Origin: a virus
DNA length: 64,000 nucleotides
Virus record (IMG/VR): IMGVR_UViG_3300045988_183134
Coordinates: 64,001 to 128,000 of that record
Direction: 5' to 3' (one strand)
Positions 18,529-27,664 of the stretch are shown here, piece by piece. The notes beneath the pieces are model-generated. The model saw nothing but the letters and a program-made list of their open reading frames with translations, did no database searches and had not been told where the DNA came from. Position 1 is the first letter of the stretch; each line of letters starts with the position of its first letter. The position numbers and the translations under genes were made by a program.

Positions 18529-19086
18529 ATGAAAATTTACACTCTGATTGGCGGCGTGAATGGCGCAGGAAAATCCAGCTTAACCGGTTCTTTGCGTTCT
18601 GAGCGTAACGATTTCGGCATTGTGGTTGACCCCGACAAACTAACCATTCAGTGTGGCGGTGACGAATACGAAGGCGGCAAACTCGCTGTTGAGCGTATCG
18701 AGCGTGCCTTAATGGACGGTGTGAATTTCACACAAGAGACGACGCTTTCCGGTGGATATCCCAAGCGGCTTTGCAAACGTGCAAAAGAAGCTGGATATTA
18801 TATTCGTCTGTACTATGTCGGTCTTGATACCGCCGAAGAAAGTATTCGACGAATTCGAAACCGTGTAGAGCGTGGGGGGCATGATATTCCCACTAAGGAT
18901 GTCAACGCCCGTTTTTCTCACCGTTTTGAGGATGTCCTCAAAATTTTGCCATACTGCGATGAAGCTAAGTTTTTCGATAATGACAATGGATTTGTACTTG
19001 TTGCAGAATATCGCAACGGGCAGCTTCTTCCTATTGGAACATATCGACCAACTTGGCTCAGTCAACTTCTGAATCAAGCCCAATAA
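18529..19086 (+). CDS. zeta-toxin-like P-loop kinase / AAA ATPase (185 aa)
   Basis: Walker A (GGVNGAGKSS) at the extreme N-terminus, then QETTLSG and RVERGGHDIP, as in Zeta_toxin/COG4185-type proteins. Confidence 0.55.
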   Translation: MKIYTLIGGVNGAGKSSLTGSLRSERNDFGIVVDPDKLTIQCGGDEYEGGKLAVERIERALMDGVNFTQETTLSGGYPKRLCKRAKEAGYYIRLYYVGLDTAEESIRRIRNRVERGGHDIPTKDVNARFSHRFEDVLKILPYCDEAKFFDNDNGFVLVAEYRNGQLLPIGTYRPTWLSQLLNQAQ

Positions 19087-19093
19087 CATTTTT

Positions 19094-19124
19094 GCCGCTC
19101 ATTCTCGGATGGGCGGCACTTTTT
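19094..19124 (+). terminator. intrinsic terminator
   Basis: GCCGCTCAT-tctcgg-ATGGGCGGC followed by a T run. Confidence 0.7.
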
Positions 19125-19126
19125 GT

Positions 19127-19260
19127 TTGCCAGGCTGTGCGAATGGCATAGAATAATAACTGTACGATAGATACCATTCTACCAAGGCGCATCCTGCGTT
19201 CGTACAATTCACAATTCTGCTTTAAGGCGGACTTCCCGAATTTGGGAGGTCCGCCTTTTT
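19127..19260 (+). promoter_or_regulatory. promoter-leader module, copy 7
   Basis: TTGCCA-N4-GTGCGAA-N5-TAGAAT (19127-19154); CTGTACGATAGATACC (19160); TCGTACAATTCACAATT (19200); GGCGGACTTCCC..GGGAGGTCCGCC plus T5 (19226-19260). Confidence 0.75.
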
Positions 19261-19290
19261 GCGTTCAAAAAAGGAGTGTATTAGAAAATT

Positions 19291-20601
19291 ATGAAAATTC
19301 AAAAAAACAACACAGGCATCCTTATCACCAAAACCGCGAAGCAGCCGAGCGCGAAAATCGAGTTTTCTCTGGATGAGCTCGATGCGCTTTCGGAGTTCTG
19401 CGAGAGGTTGCAGGATGAAAAGGATATCAGAGAATACCTCAACACTGCGGTGACTATTCCGGATTCTGCTGAGGTATCGGCTCCCATTGCCGTCAAGTAT
19501 CTGCACGATGCAGCCCTCTTTGAGCAGCTCATGGACGAAACCAGACGGAATCAGGAAGAGAACCAGAGCAATTTCCTCACTGCCGTCAGCGATGCGGTTT
19601 CTTCCATCGAGAAAAGCCGCGATGTCAAAGAATGGCATGGTTTGACGAAGGAGACTGCGGAGCGTTTCGCCCGTGAATTCATGGCAGAACGGAATCCCGG
19701 TCGTTGGTCGGGGTTTGGTGAGGTTCCTGAAAGTGTCAGCCTTGACCCCCTCAATTTTCCCATCAATGACATTTATCCCAAAGGCAACAAACCCGCCCTT
19801 CGTATGCAGCTTATCAGTGTGACCTATCCCAGCCTTCACAGAGTTTGTGAGTGCAGCATTATTGAGGATGGTGTTGACTTGTGGGCTCGCCGTACGCTGG
19901 ATTCTATGACTGCCGGAACTGTCGAGGACTTGGTCGAGACTGTTCTGTATGTGGCACGCATGTACGAGAGGAGCAAGTGCTTTGAACGCATCTTTGTAAA
20001 CCACATCCAGATGGAGAAATCGGTATACGATGCTCTTATCCGCCATCTCAACGACCCTGACAGCATCAACGACGAGTATCGAATCAGTGATGTCGTATTT
20101 GCCGCAGACAACACCATTGTTTCCGTCCTTTGGGAAGGAAACAGCAAAGATGGTGTTTCTGGTATGGCAACGCTTGCCGTGAACGGCAAGACGGTATACA
20201 AGACAAAGAACACCAAGGTATTCTGCAACCATTGGGTCATCCCATACAACGGTGCCGAATACCATGTTCTTGTCGATGTACTTCCCGAACAAATCATCTT
20301 GGAAGAAACTCTGTACATCAGCAAATCGTCCTCCAAGAAACTCGAAAAGTATCTTTGCGGCGAGGAAGTCCAAGGTTTTGGCTCTTCACTGAGCGAGACT
20401 GCGAAATTTTCTGACGGGTATTCGATGGATATCCGTTGCTGTGGCGATGAGGATACTTCATGGGCCGAAGCTATCCTGTACGACAATACCGGTGTGCAGG
20501 TCGCTATCACCGAAACCTACGAAACCTTCATTGGTTATTGGGAGTTGGATGATGAGACCACCGGCAAGACATATCGTGTCAATGTTGTGACAGTTAAGTG
20601 A
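19291..20601 (+). CDS. hypothetical protein (436 aa), partial paralog of 13566..14243
   Basis: First gene after module copy 7; shared central and C-terminal blocks with ORF 13566. Confidence 0.6.
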   Translation: MKIQKNNTGILITKTAKQPSAKIEFSLDELDALSEFCERLQDEKDIREYLNTAVTIPDSAEVSAPIAVKYLHDAALFEQLMDETRRNQEENQSNFLTAVSDAVSSIEKSRDVKEWHGLTKETAERFAREFMAERNPGRWSGFGEVPESVSLDPLNFPINDIYPKGNKPALRMQLISVTYPSLHRVCECSIIEDGVDLWARRTLDSMTAGTVEDLVETVLYVARMYERSKCFERIFVNHIQMEKSVYDALIRHLNDPDSINDEYRISDVVFAADNTIVSVLWEGNSKDGVSGMATLAVNGKTVYKTKNTKVFCNHWVIPYNGAEYHVLVDVLPEQIILEETLYISKSSSKKLEKYLCGEEVQGFGSSLSETAKFSDGYSMDIRCCGDEDTSWAEAILYDNTGVQVAITETYETFIGYWELDDETTGKTYRVNVVTVK

Positions 20602-20707
20602 GGACTACATATAAATACGATGAGCCGTGACAATTTGTACGGTACGCAGGATTTGAAGAAAAAGTTTTCAAACTAAACACCTACAAAAACAAAGGAGAAT
20701 TTGAAAA

Positions 20708-21040
20708 GTGAAATATCATAACAATGAATACACCATTGTGACAGAACCACCTCTAGGGTATGAAATTTGGAACATTAAAGATGCTCCAAATGGATGTCTA
20801 CCGTTTTGCAGATTGAAAATGATGCAGCCTTTTGGCGGAGCAAGGGAAATCGAACCCGATACTTTGAAGGCAATGAAGTGTGATGGCGCACAAGTGATTT
20901 TGGATGCTATCGGTTTCGGCCCTCAGACTTCGGATGCAATGCAGAAATATATTGCAAAAAACGGGAAGAAAGAAAACGAAAAGTGGATTTGCGAACGTAT
21001 GAAAAAAGCTATCCCTTTTATGAAGAAAATTGGTCTTTAA
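20708..21040 (+). CDS. hypothetical protein (110 aa), GTG start
   Basis: AAAGGAG RBS 9 nt upstream of the GTG. Confidence 0.5.
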   Translation: MKYHNNEYTIVTEPPLGYEIWNIKDAPNGCLPFCRLKMMQPFGGAREIEPDTLKAMKCDGAQVILDAIGFGPQTSDAMQKYIAKNGKKENEKWICERMKKAIPFMKKIGL

Positions 21041-21223
21041 GAAGCTGGTCAAACGCGACAGCAAAGGTCGTATCGACTATTCGTACAGCGATGGGTTTGA
21101 CGGTTTTCGATATGGTCAGGAGCTTCTGTGATTCTGCGATATCGAGACTGCCGCTCAGCGCCTAGGCATCTGACGCCTATACCACAAACCTGAAACCATT
21201 CAAATAAAAAGGAGTGCCATACC

Positions 21224-21883
21224 ATGAGTTACGGTTTTGACATGGGCTTTGCGCAGGCGAACAGTTTGCAGGAAGCCATGGCGATTGCGCTGGAATACAC
21301 GCAATCGCAAATGACCGAAAAAAATATCAGGCAAGCCATCAGGAATAATCGGTATTATATTCCCTCGGTTCGTACCGGATACATTGCGGATGAGGAGAGC
21401 AAAAACTACAGAGCCGATGTACTTGCGGATACCGCTGACCGGTATTGGTTTGAGGCATTGTTTACCTTCCGTTTTCTGTATTGGGAAGAGCACAAGCTGC
21501 TCGGTATCATCATGATGCCGCCAGAAAGCGCAAGCGAGAAATGGCCGCTGAGTGTATATTTTCAGAACTCCTGCGACCAGGATTATCCGTTTTTCGAATG
21601 GAAGGAAGGCAATATCCCGTTCTTTGCGAACGCCGCCGCAAAAGCCGAAAACTATACGGAGGAAGAAATCCGCGCAAAGTTCGACTACGAAATCGAAGAT
21701 GAAGACCTCGAATATTATCGGCGCAATACTTGCTACAATGATATTTTTGAGGCACTCGCCCTCGAATCGTGGCTGGACAATCATTGCACGGATGTGCCGT
21801 TCGTAACTTTTGCTTTGCAGGGAATTCAGAACGAAGCCGAGCGATACCGGTATCTGCAATGGCTGAAAGCCGAAATCCAATAG
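21224..21883 (+). CDS. hypothetical protein (219 aa)
   Basis: AAAGGAGTG RBS. Confidence 0.6.
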   Translation: MSYGFDMGFAQANSLQEAMAIALEYTQSQMTEKNIRQAIRNNRYYIPSVRTGYIADEESKNYRADVLADTADRYWFEALFTFRFLYWEEHKLLGIIMMPPESASEKWPLSVYFQNSCDQDYPFFEWKEGNIPFFANAAAKAENYTEEEIRAKFDYEIEDEDLEYYRRNTCYNDIFEALALESWLDNHCTDVPFVTFALQGIQNEAERYRYLQWLKAEIQ

Positions 21884-21890
21884 CTGGTAC

Positions 21891-22022
21891 TTGCCCCAGT
21901 GTGCGAACCGCATAAAACAGTAACTGTACGATAGATACTATCTAAAGCACAATTCGTGTTCGTACAATTCACAATCTGCAAACAGGCGGACTTCCCGAAT
22001 TTTGGAGGTCCGCTATTTGTTT
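21891..22022 (+). promoter_or_regulatory. promoter-leader module, copy 8
   Basis: TTGCCC-N4-GTGCGAA-N5-TAAAAC (21891-21918); CTGTACGATAGATACT (21924); TCGTACAATTCACAAT (21960); GGCGGACTTCCC..GGAGGTCCGC plus a T-rich tail (21985-22022). Confidence 0.7.
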
Positions 22023-22041
22023 TACTATGAAAGGAGTTTTT

Positions 22042-22764
22042 ATGAGCAACCCAAAAAGACCAGTTTCTACGGTCGAAGAGTTTATCAAGGTTTTCCATGA
22101 GATGAGCGCCCGATACGGTCGCAGCGAACTCTGGTATGACTACATCGACATGCATGCCATTGCACTTGCGAATACCTGTGATTTACGGTGCAGGGATGCA
22201 AGAGAGGAACAGTACAATGCCATCGTCCAGAAATACGACGAGAAGACCGTACAGCAGTTTGCGGTGCTTACCGCCATCACAATGGCCGCGCTCTTGGAAA
22301 ACCCTGAGCAGGATTTTCTTGGCACCGTTTACCATAATCTCGGATTAAGCAAAAGCCAAGCAGGGCAGTTTTTCACGCCGTACAATGTCGGACAGATGAT
22401 GGCACGCATAAACATGCCGGATTCTCTTGTTCTGGACAAGTCCCGTATCCTGCGGGTAAACGACCCGTGCTGTGGTGCCGGATGCCTGCTTCTGGCGGGG
22501 TACAATGTGATGCGCGAGCAGTTGGAATCCACTGACCCGGACTGGGACAAGTATGTTCTGTTTGTGGCACAAGACATTGACCCTCTGGTCTGCAAGATGT
22601 GCTACATTCAAATGTGCTGTATTGGCGTTCCTGGAGTTGTCGTAGTTGGCAACTCTCTGTTACCGGACGCAGAACGGACACCGACAGATTTTTGGTTCAC
22701 GCATAAGTATTTTGCTTTGGACGAGAAAGCTCTCGAAAATACATACCAACAAAAAAAGGAGTAA
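22042..22764 (+). CDS. N6-adenine methyltransferase-like protein lacking the catalytic motif IV (240 aa)
   Basis: GQFFTPYNVGQMMA and the SAM-binding motif I (RVNDPCCGAGCLLLAG) are present. The ORF ends shortly after GNSLLPD with no (N/D)PP(Y/F) motif. Confidence 0.6.
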   Translation: MSNPKRPVSTVEEFIKVFHEMSARYGRSELWYDYIDMHAIALANTCDLRCRDAREEQYNAIVQKYDEKTVQQFAVLTAITMAALLENPEQDFLGTVYHNLGLSKSQAGQFFTPYNVGQMMARINMPDSLVLDKSRILRVNDPCCGAGCLLLAGYNVMREQLESTDPDWDKYVLFVAQDIDPLVCKMCYIQMCCIGVPGVVVVGNSLLPDAERTPTDFWFTHKYFALDEKALENTYQQKKE

Positions 22765-22770
22765 TGACAA

Positions 22771-23286
22771 ATGCATATGGTAACCGAAACCCGCCAGCTC
22801 CGCGATGGCGAGAAACTGACTGAATTTTTCAACCGCATCGATTGGAAGCCGCTGTTTGAGTTCGTCCGACGCTATTTCGGTATCGGCGTGGAACAGCCTC
22901 CTACAACATGCCTCAAACCCAATGGTCGCATCGAGGTGAATTGGCCGGAGAATCTGCGCGATAAGTGTGGTCTTTTCGGCCATACGTACCGCGAAGTATA
23001 TCTGCAGACATTCTCGTCCTGCTGCTTCCACGACATCACCTACGACAAGGACATTGTCGATAAGTACCTCGCTCGTCCGGACTTTTATCGTTTGAATATT
23101 TCTTTGGAAAACGACTGCAACGGCACTTCTTCGGATGCTTATTTGCAGCTGACATTTTCGCTGAAACACATCGAATTTTCCGGAGGGTACAACTTCGCAA
23201 ACCTGTTCAGTGCTGAATACCGTAAAGATACAGGCTGGTTCGTTGTATCCGGAGAAGGCGAAGTCCTCATGGGAGCGAAGAAATAA
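22771..23286 (+). CDS. hypothetical protein (171 aa), paralog of 10133..10621
   Basis: AAAGGAG RBS; shared motifs listed under 10133. Confidence 0.65.
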   Translation: MHMVTETRQLRDGEKLTEFFNRIDWKPLFEFVRRYFGIGVEQPPTTCLKPNGRIEVNWPENLRDKCGLFGHTYREVYLQTFSSCCFHDITYDKDIVDKYLARPDFYRLNISLENDCNGTSSDAYLQLTFSLKHIEFSGGYNFANLFSAEYRKDTGWFVVSGEGEVLMGAKK

Positions 23287-23292
23287 AAAGTC

Positions 23293-23323
23293 GCCGCTCA
23301 TCTTCGGATGGGCGGCATTTTTT
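23293..23323 (+). terminator. intrinsic terminator
   Basis: GCCGCTCAT-cttcgg-ATGGGCGGC followed by a T run. Nearly identical to the terminator at 19094. Confidence 0.7.
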
Positions 23324-23325
23324 GC

Positions 23326-23461
23326 TTGCCAAAATGTGCGAACCGTATAGAATGGTATTTGTACGATAGATACCATCTACTAAGGCACTATTTGCGTTCG
23401 TACAAAAATTCATAATTTCGCTGAGGCGGACTTTCCGAAAAATCGGGAGGTCTGCCTTTTT
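23326..23461 (+). promoter_or_regulatory. promoter-leader module, copy 9
   Basis: TTGCCA-N4-GTGCGAA-N5-TAGAAT (23326-23353); TTGTACGATAGATACC (23358); TCGTACAAAAATTCATAATT (23398); GGCGGACTTTCC..GGGAGGTCTGCC plus T5 (23425-23461). Confidence 0.75.
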
Positions 23462-23480
23462 GCGTAGAAGGGAGTATTTT

Positions 23481-24191
23481 ATGGCAACCAGAAAAATCTT
23501 ATTCCGTGGTCAGACTCGGCGCAAGGGTGAACGGACCTCCATATCCGGTATCCCACTGCCAGGCATCTGGGTCGCGGGCGGCGTCTTTCCTCAGAACAAG
23601 GGATATGATTACGCGATAATCTACCAGCAGAACCCGAAGGTTGAGAAGTACGTTGTACATGCGGACACTATTGGCCAGTATACTGGCATCAACGATTCTC
23701 TCGGCAATTTCATCTTTGAAGATGACATCATCACTTTCTGGCTGAAGAATGATGCGACCCGAACACGCCGCAAGGGTGTAGTCGAGTATTCTGAATCGTC
23801 GGCCCGTTTTATGGCTCGCGTTTGCGAATCCACGGACGTTGTCATGCTCAAGGATTGCTGCTGCATTCACGTGATTGGGAATGTCTTTGACGGTGAATTC
23901 GACAAGAGTGAAAGCGAAATGAAGCAACTTTATACTGAATGCTTGAACCTTGCAAAATCCATTGACGCTATCATGCTCTGCTACAACCCGGACATCGACG
24001 CTCTCAAGGCTGAAAATCTTTCTGATATGGCTGTGCGCTTGCTCGATGGAGTTTCCCGCCGTGACGTTGTCAAGGACTTAGAGGATTTTCGTGACAAGTG
24101 GAGGCATTACAACGAACAGGCAGCAGCAGAATCTCAAGTGATTCTTGACAAAATTTCTGAGCTGTTCGAAAAGGATGGTGATAGCAAATGA
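23481..24191 (+). CDS. YopX-domain protein (236 aa)
   Basis: ILFRGQ.., TIGQYTGINDSLGNFIFEDDII and HVIGNVFD follow the YopX pattern. GGGAG RBS before ATG 23481. Confidence 0.7.
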   Translation: MATRKILFRGQTRRKGERTSISGIPLPGIWVAGGVFPQNKGYDYAIIYQQNPKVEKYVVHADTIGQYTGINDSLGNFIFEDDIITFWLKNDATRTRRKGVVEYSESSARFMARVCESTDVVMLKDCCCIHVIGNVFDGEFDKSESEMKQLYTECLNLAKSIDAIMLCYNPDIDALKAENLSDMAVRLLDGVSRRDVVKDLEDFRDKWRHYNEQAAAESQVILDKISELFEKDGDSK

Positions 24192-24460
24192 CGACCGAAA
24201 CTGAATACCAAAATGCCGTGAACTACCTTACCAAGCTCCTGAATGGCGGCTTGATGGGGGAGCGAGGCAGTAAACCTTTGCGTATAGCCATCGAGGCTTG
24301 TGAGCTGCAAATTCCAAAGCAGCCCATCTCGAAAAGCTGGTCTCCGAACCTCTGCCCACATTGCGATGCGGACTTAGGCGGGGACTACAACGATGGGTAC
24401 TACCAGAATCCACATTATGAGCGATGCCCTGTTTGCGGACAAAAACTCAAATACATCTAA
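24188..24460 (+). CDS. zinc-ribbon small protein (90 aa)
   Basis: CPHCDADLGG ... CPVCGQKL. ATGA overlap with yopX. Confidence 0.6.
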   Translation: MTTETEYQNAVNYLTKLLNGGLMGERGSKPLRIAIEACELQIPKQPISKSWSPNLCPHCDADLGGDYNDGYYQNPHYERCPVCGQKLKYI

Positions 24461-24498
24461 CCGGCAGGGAGCAATCGTTCCCTGGAAATCATTACCCC

Positions 24499-24534
24499 GC
24501 ACAGGCCCCAATGCTGCCTGTGCATGATTTTTTT
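24499..24534 (+). terminator. intrinsic terminator
   Basis: GCACAGG-ccccaatgctg-CCTGTGC followed by atgaT7. Confidence 0.55.
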
Positions 24535-24553
24535 ATATTGCAAGGAGACTATC

Positions 24554-24802
24554 ATGGAATACAACAAGAAGTTTGACCCTGTAGCTCGTATGAGACACGA
24601 AATTGAGCACAGCAAAGAAACTGTCTTGCTCTCGCGTGACGGCAAGATGGTTGGCAAAATTGTCAATCGTCATTCTTACCGCTGCCGAATGGAAGGATGT
24701 CGGGGCTGGCGCATCTGCGTCAAATGGCCAGATGGACACCACACTTACCCCTGCTCCTGCGGCTGCCGGAGCATCGACAAAAACACGCTGCAAATTGTTT
24801 AG
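24554..24802 (+). CDS. Cys-rich small protein (82 aa)
   Basis: AAGGAG RBS. RCRMEGCRGWRICVKWPDGHHTYPCSCGC. Confidence 0.55.
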   Translation: MEYNKKFDPVARMRHEIEHSKETVLLSRDGKMVGKIVNRHSYRCRMEGCRGWRICVKWPDGHHTYPCSCGCRSIDKNTLQIV

Positions 24803-24821
24803 CAGAAAAGGAGAATGTATC

Positions 24822-25202
24822 ATGACTTTACCGACCAACCATCCATACTTTTTCACTTGCCCGCAGTGTGGCTGCAAGCTTATTTCCGTATCCAGCGGTG
24901 TAAAGGCTAAACCGCATTGTCCGGAATGTGACTATTCTGCTGATGACGCATTCGTGGTCAAGGACCGCGTCATGAACGAAGCTATGAATGTCATCGCCGA
25001 TAACGCAGAACTGGCTGAAAATTTTGCCGAAACTGTCAAGAACGAAATTGCAAGCGATGATGATGCCTATGCACACATCGGGTTTCATCTGGCAAACGAT
25101 ATCCGGAATCAGAGTCCTGCATCCGAGGTGCTCTTGACCCTTTGCGGCTGGAACATTGACACGCTACTCGACAAAACGCCTCCCATCGCTATCGAGGACT
25201 GA
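24822..25202 (+). CDS. zinc-ribbon protein (126 aa)
   Basis: AAAGGAG RBS. CPQCGC ... CPECDY. Confidence 0.6.
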   Translation: MTLPTNHPYFFTCPQCGCKLISVSSGVKAKPHCPECDYSADDAFVVKDRVMNEAMNVIADNAELAENFAETVKNEIASDDDAYAHIGFHLANDIRNQSPASEVLLTLCGWNIDTLLDKTPPIAIED

Positions 25203-25249
25203 CGCCATTGGTACTGTCCAGAACGTCAAAACTTTGGCACAAATACGCC

Positions 25250-25386
25250 TTGCTGATACGTGCGAATCAGAGATAATAATATTTGTACGATAGATATCAT
25301 TTGTCTTTGACAAGGTCTCTTGTGCATGTACTATTCACAATTTCGTTGAAGAGCGGACTTCTTGTTATTCAGGAAGCCCGCTTTTT
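25250..25386 (+). promoter_or_regulatory. promoter-leader module, copy 10
   Basis: TTGCTG-N4-GTGCGAA-N5-GATAAT (25250-25277); TTGTACGATAGATATC (25283); GCATGTACTATTCACAATT (25325); GAGCGGACTTCTTG..CAGGAAGCCCGCT plus T5 (25351-25386). Confidence 0.7.
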
Positions 25387-25414
25387 ATATTAAATTTTAA
25401 GGAGTGTATTATCT

Positions 25415-26473
25415 ATGTCTAACAAAACAAACCAATCCGTTCTGGTCAATGACACCAGCAGCTACTACCTCAAGCAGTATGCAGCTCTGCAGTTCCCGGG
25501 CTCCGTTGACAATTTCGGGACCAAGACACCCATTCATCTTTTGCAGCAACAAGAAGAATCTGAGCACAGCGTATCCTTACGTGAAGCTTGCGATTCGGAC
25601 TATGACCTCGATGGTGCGCAGTTCTTGTTCGAGGGCGCGACTTATGACTCGGTGACAGATTTGGTCAAGGACAATCTGTGCCTTGACGACGAAGAATCGA
25701 TTCAGAAATACAATGAGCATCCTCGGTTTGACCCGTTTATTCCGTACGATGAACTGGTTGACAAAAAGAATGCCGACAGGGAAGACATCCGCGATATTCG
25801 TGATTCGCACCGTCTCGACACGATGGCCGACTATGTCGATATGTACTCCACGGCAAGCGGGTATGATACAGCAGATGATATCACGGTTCTGCTTCCTTCT
25901 TCCTCGTATGAAACTGTGGGTATGGCGTTCACACATCAGGCTCTCAAGCAGTATGAGAAGTCGATTGACAATCATCTGTTCCGTAAGCACCGCTGCTATG
26001 CGGCGTGCGGAGAAGGCTATGGCCGTGAAGCTGGCGACTACTACCCCATCATGAATTTCATTCGTGATGCAGGGGAGCAGCTGCTGATTCAGGACCTCGA
26101 GAACTTCGATGTCAAAGTGATGGAGCTCGCTTCCGACGATGAAGTCGCTGACTTTTATTGCGAACATCCTCACGAGTTGTTTCGAGCTGCTTATATCAAA
26201 GTCTCTGAAAAAGACACCATTGGCAAATGCTATTCTCGTCTGTACGTCTTTTGCTCCGGTCACGAGGAAACCTTCTCTGACGGAAGCAGTTTCCCGGTTT
26301 GCGACAGCCATTATGTCAAGGCCGTCAAGGAAGGGAAGGAATACAAAGTTCCTTATCCTTTTGACTGCAACCGTTTCGCCGATGAACTGAACAAAAAGTT
26401 CAATGAAAAGGAACGCTTGACACCCGCTCAGCGCCTTTTCTTCTGGACTGAGTACAAAAAACCTATCGAATAA
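25415..26473 (+). CDS. hypothetical acidic protein (352 aa)
   Basis: AAGGAGTGTA RBS. Confidence 0.6.
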   Translation: MSNKTNQSVLVNDTSSYYLKQYAALQFPGSVDNFGTKTPIHLLQQQEESEHSVSLREACDSDYDLDGAQFLFEGATYDSVTDLVKDNLCLDDEESIQKYNEHPRFDPFIPYDELVDKKNADREDIRDIRDSHRLDTMADYVDMYSTASGYDTADDITVLLPSSSYETVGMAFTHQALKQYEKSIDNHLFRKHRCYAACGEGYGREAGDYYPIMNFIRDAGEQLLIQDLENFDVKVMELASDDEVADFYCEHPHELFRAAYIKVSEKDTIGKCYSRLYVFCSGHEETFSDGSSFPVCDSHYVKAVKEGKEYKVPYPFDCNRFADELNKKFNEKERLTPAQRLFFWTEYKKPIE

Positions 26474-26491
26474 CAAAGAGGAGAAATTGCT

Positions 26492-26692
26492 ATGAAAAGC
26501 TTTAATGTTGTTGTGACCGTTTCCACTACCATCTGCGTTGATGCCAACACCCCTGAGGATGCCATCAAGAAAGTACAGAAGGCACTTGACGCCAACGATG
26601 CTGGGACTGCCATGCAGCTTGGCGAAAACCTGTCGTGTGCTTTGCGCGATGGCGGCTATCAGGTGACGAATGCCGTTGAAGTGGACGAGTAA
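26492..26692 (+). CDS. hypothetical protein (66 aa)
   Basis: AGAGGAG RBS. Confidence 0.55.
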   Translation: MKSFNVVVTVSTTICVDANTPEDAIKKVQKALDANDAGTAMQLGENLSCALRDGGYQVTNAVEVDE

Positions 26693-26705
26693 GGGGAGAT
26701 GCGAT

Positions 26706-26894
26706 ATGACAATCCCTTCGATTCCTTGTCCTTCCTGTGACTTTACGCTCAAGCCTGTCTGGTTCTTAGAAAAGGAGCTGGACAATCACGGCATCCCGAC
26801 CGGACGCACTCGCAAGGCTTGCAGTTGCTTGCTCTGTGATGCGTGCGGGCACAAGGAAACGGTAGATGATACATTTGATGAGCCATACAAATAA
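26706..26894 (+). CDS. zinc-ribbon small protein (62 aa)
   Basis: GGGGAG RBS. CPSCDF ... CLLCDACGH. Confidence 0.55.
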   Translation: MTIPSIPCPSCDFTLKPVWFLEKELDNHGIPTGRTRKACSCLLCDACGHKETVDDTFDEPYK

Positions 26895-26910
26895 ACATGA
26901 GGTGACAAAA

Positions 26911-27078
26911 ATGGTTCGTTTTTATACGCCAAGCTTGTATGGGGCATGCGATGCTCTTGACCTTTACGACATCGACTACGATTTGGATGATGGCGACCGC
27001 ATTATGGTAGACGATTCTCTCTACGATGCTGCTCTCGACGCATTCGATGAGTATGACATTGAGTATGAGGAGGTGTAA
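26911..27078 (+). CDS. small acidic protein, family member 1 of 3 (55 aa)
   Basis: GAGGTG RBS. MVRFYTPSLYGACDALDLYDIDY...YDAALDAFDEYDIEYEEV. Confidence 0.55.
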   Translation: MVRFYTPSLYGACDALDLYDIDYDLDDGDRIMVDDSLYDAALDAFDEYDIEYEEV

Positions 27079-27080
27079 GC

Positions 27081-27290
27081 ATGCCGCGCCCTAACAAAAT
27101 CAATCCTAAGAAGCCTTGTCCGTTTTGTGGCGCTTTCCTCGAAAACGAAGCACCCAGCACCATCTGGTGTCATCCGCACAACAGTTGCTTGCTGAGTCTC
27201 CGTGGCATTGTCGGAGCTGACCAAATCGTTCAGTGGGATACGCGATACGGCGAGATGACTGGCAAAGACAATGCGATTTGTGAGGAATGA
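27081..27290 (+). CDS. zinc-finger small protein (69 aa)
   Basis: GAGGAGG RBS. CPFCGAFL ... HPHNSC. Confidence 0.55.
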   Translation: MPRPNKINPKKPCPFCGAFLENEAPSTIWCHPHNSCLLSLRGIVGADQIVQWDTRYGEMTGKDNAICEE

Positions 27291-27292
27291 TA

Positions 27293-27460
27293 ATGGCCAG
27301 ATTTTTCGTTTATAGCACGAAGGAAGCTGCTGCGGCTTTGAAAGAAGCGCATATCCCTTACCGGGTACACGGCGAGTACTGTATATCGGTGAACAATAAT
27401 GATTACAGCACCGCTGTTGAGGCTTTCTTTCGCAACGATGTAAGTTTTCAACCGGAATAA
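27293..27460 (+). CDS. small protein, family member 2 of 3 (55 aa; below the ORF-track cutoff)
   Basis: ATG 27293 lies 3 nt after the upstream stop. MARFFVYSTKEAAAALKEAHIPY...YSTAVEAFFRNDVSF aligns with 26911 and 27475. Confidence 0.5.
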   Translation: MARFFVYSTKEAAAALKEAHIPYRVHGEYCISVNNNDYSTAVEAFFRNDVSFQPE

Positions 27461-27474
27461 AGGAGGTATTTCTC

Positions 27475-27651
27475 ATTACAAGATTCTTGGCGTTTGGCCT
27501 TGCTGCCGCATGCGCCGCACTTGCTCAAGAAGCGATTCCGTATTCACTTGACTGCCATCGACTGATTCTGGTTGATGAAAGCCATTACTTTGAAACCATT
27601 GATATTTTCGATGATTACGACATCGATTTCGATGTTATCGGAAATTTTTGA
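27475..27651 (+). CDS. small acidic protein, family member 3 of 3 (58 aa), apparent ATT start
   Basis: AGGAGG (27461-27466) lies 8 nt before ATT 27475. (I)TRFLAFGLAAACAALAQEAIPY...YFETIDIFDDYDIDFDV aligns from residue 2 with the other two members. No ATG, GTG or TTG sits at a usable distance. Confidence 0.45.
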   Translation: MTRFLAFGLAAACAALAQEAIPYSLDCHRLILVDESHYFETIDIFDDYDIDFDVIGNF

Positions 27652-27664
27652 AAGGAGAACTGTT

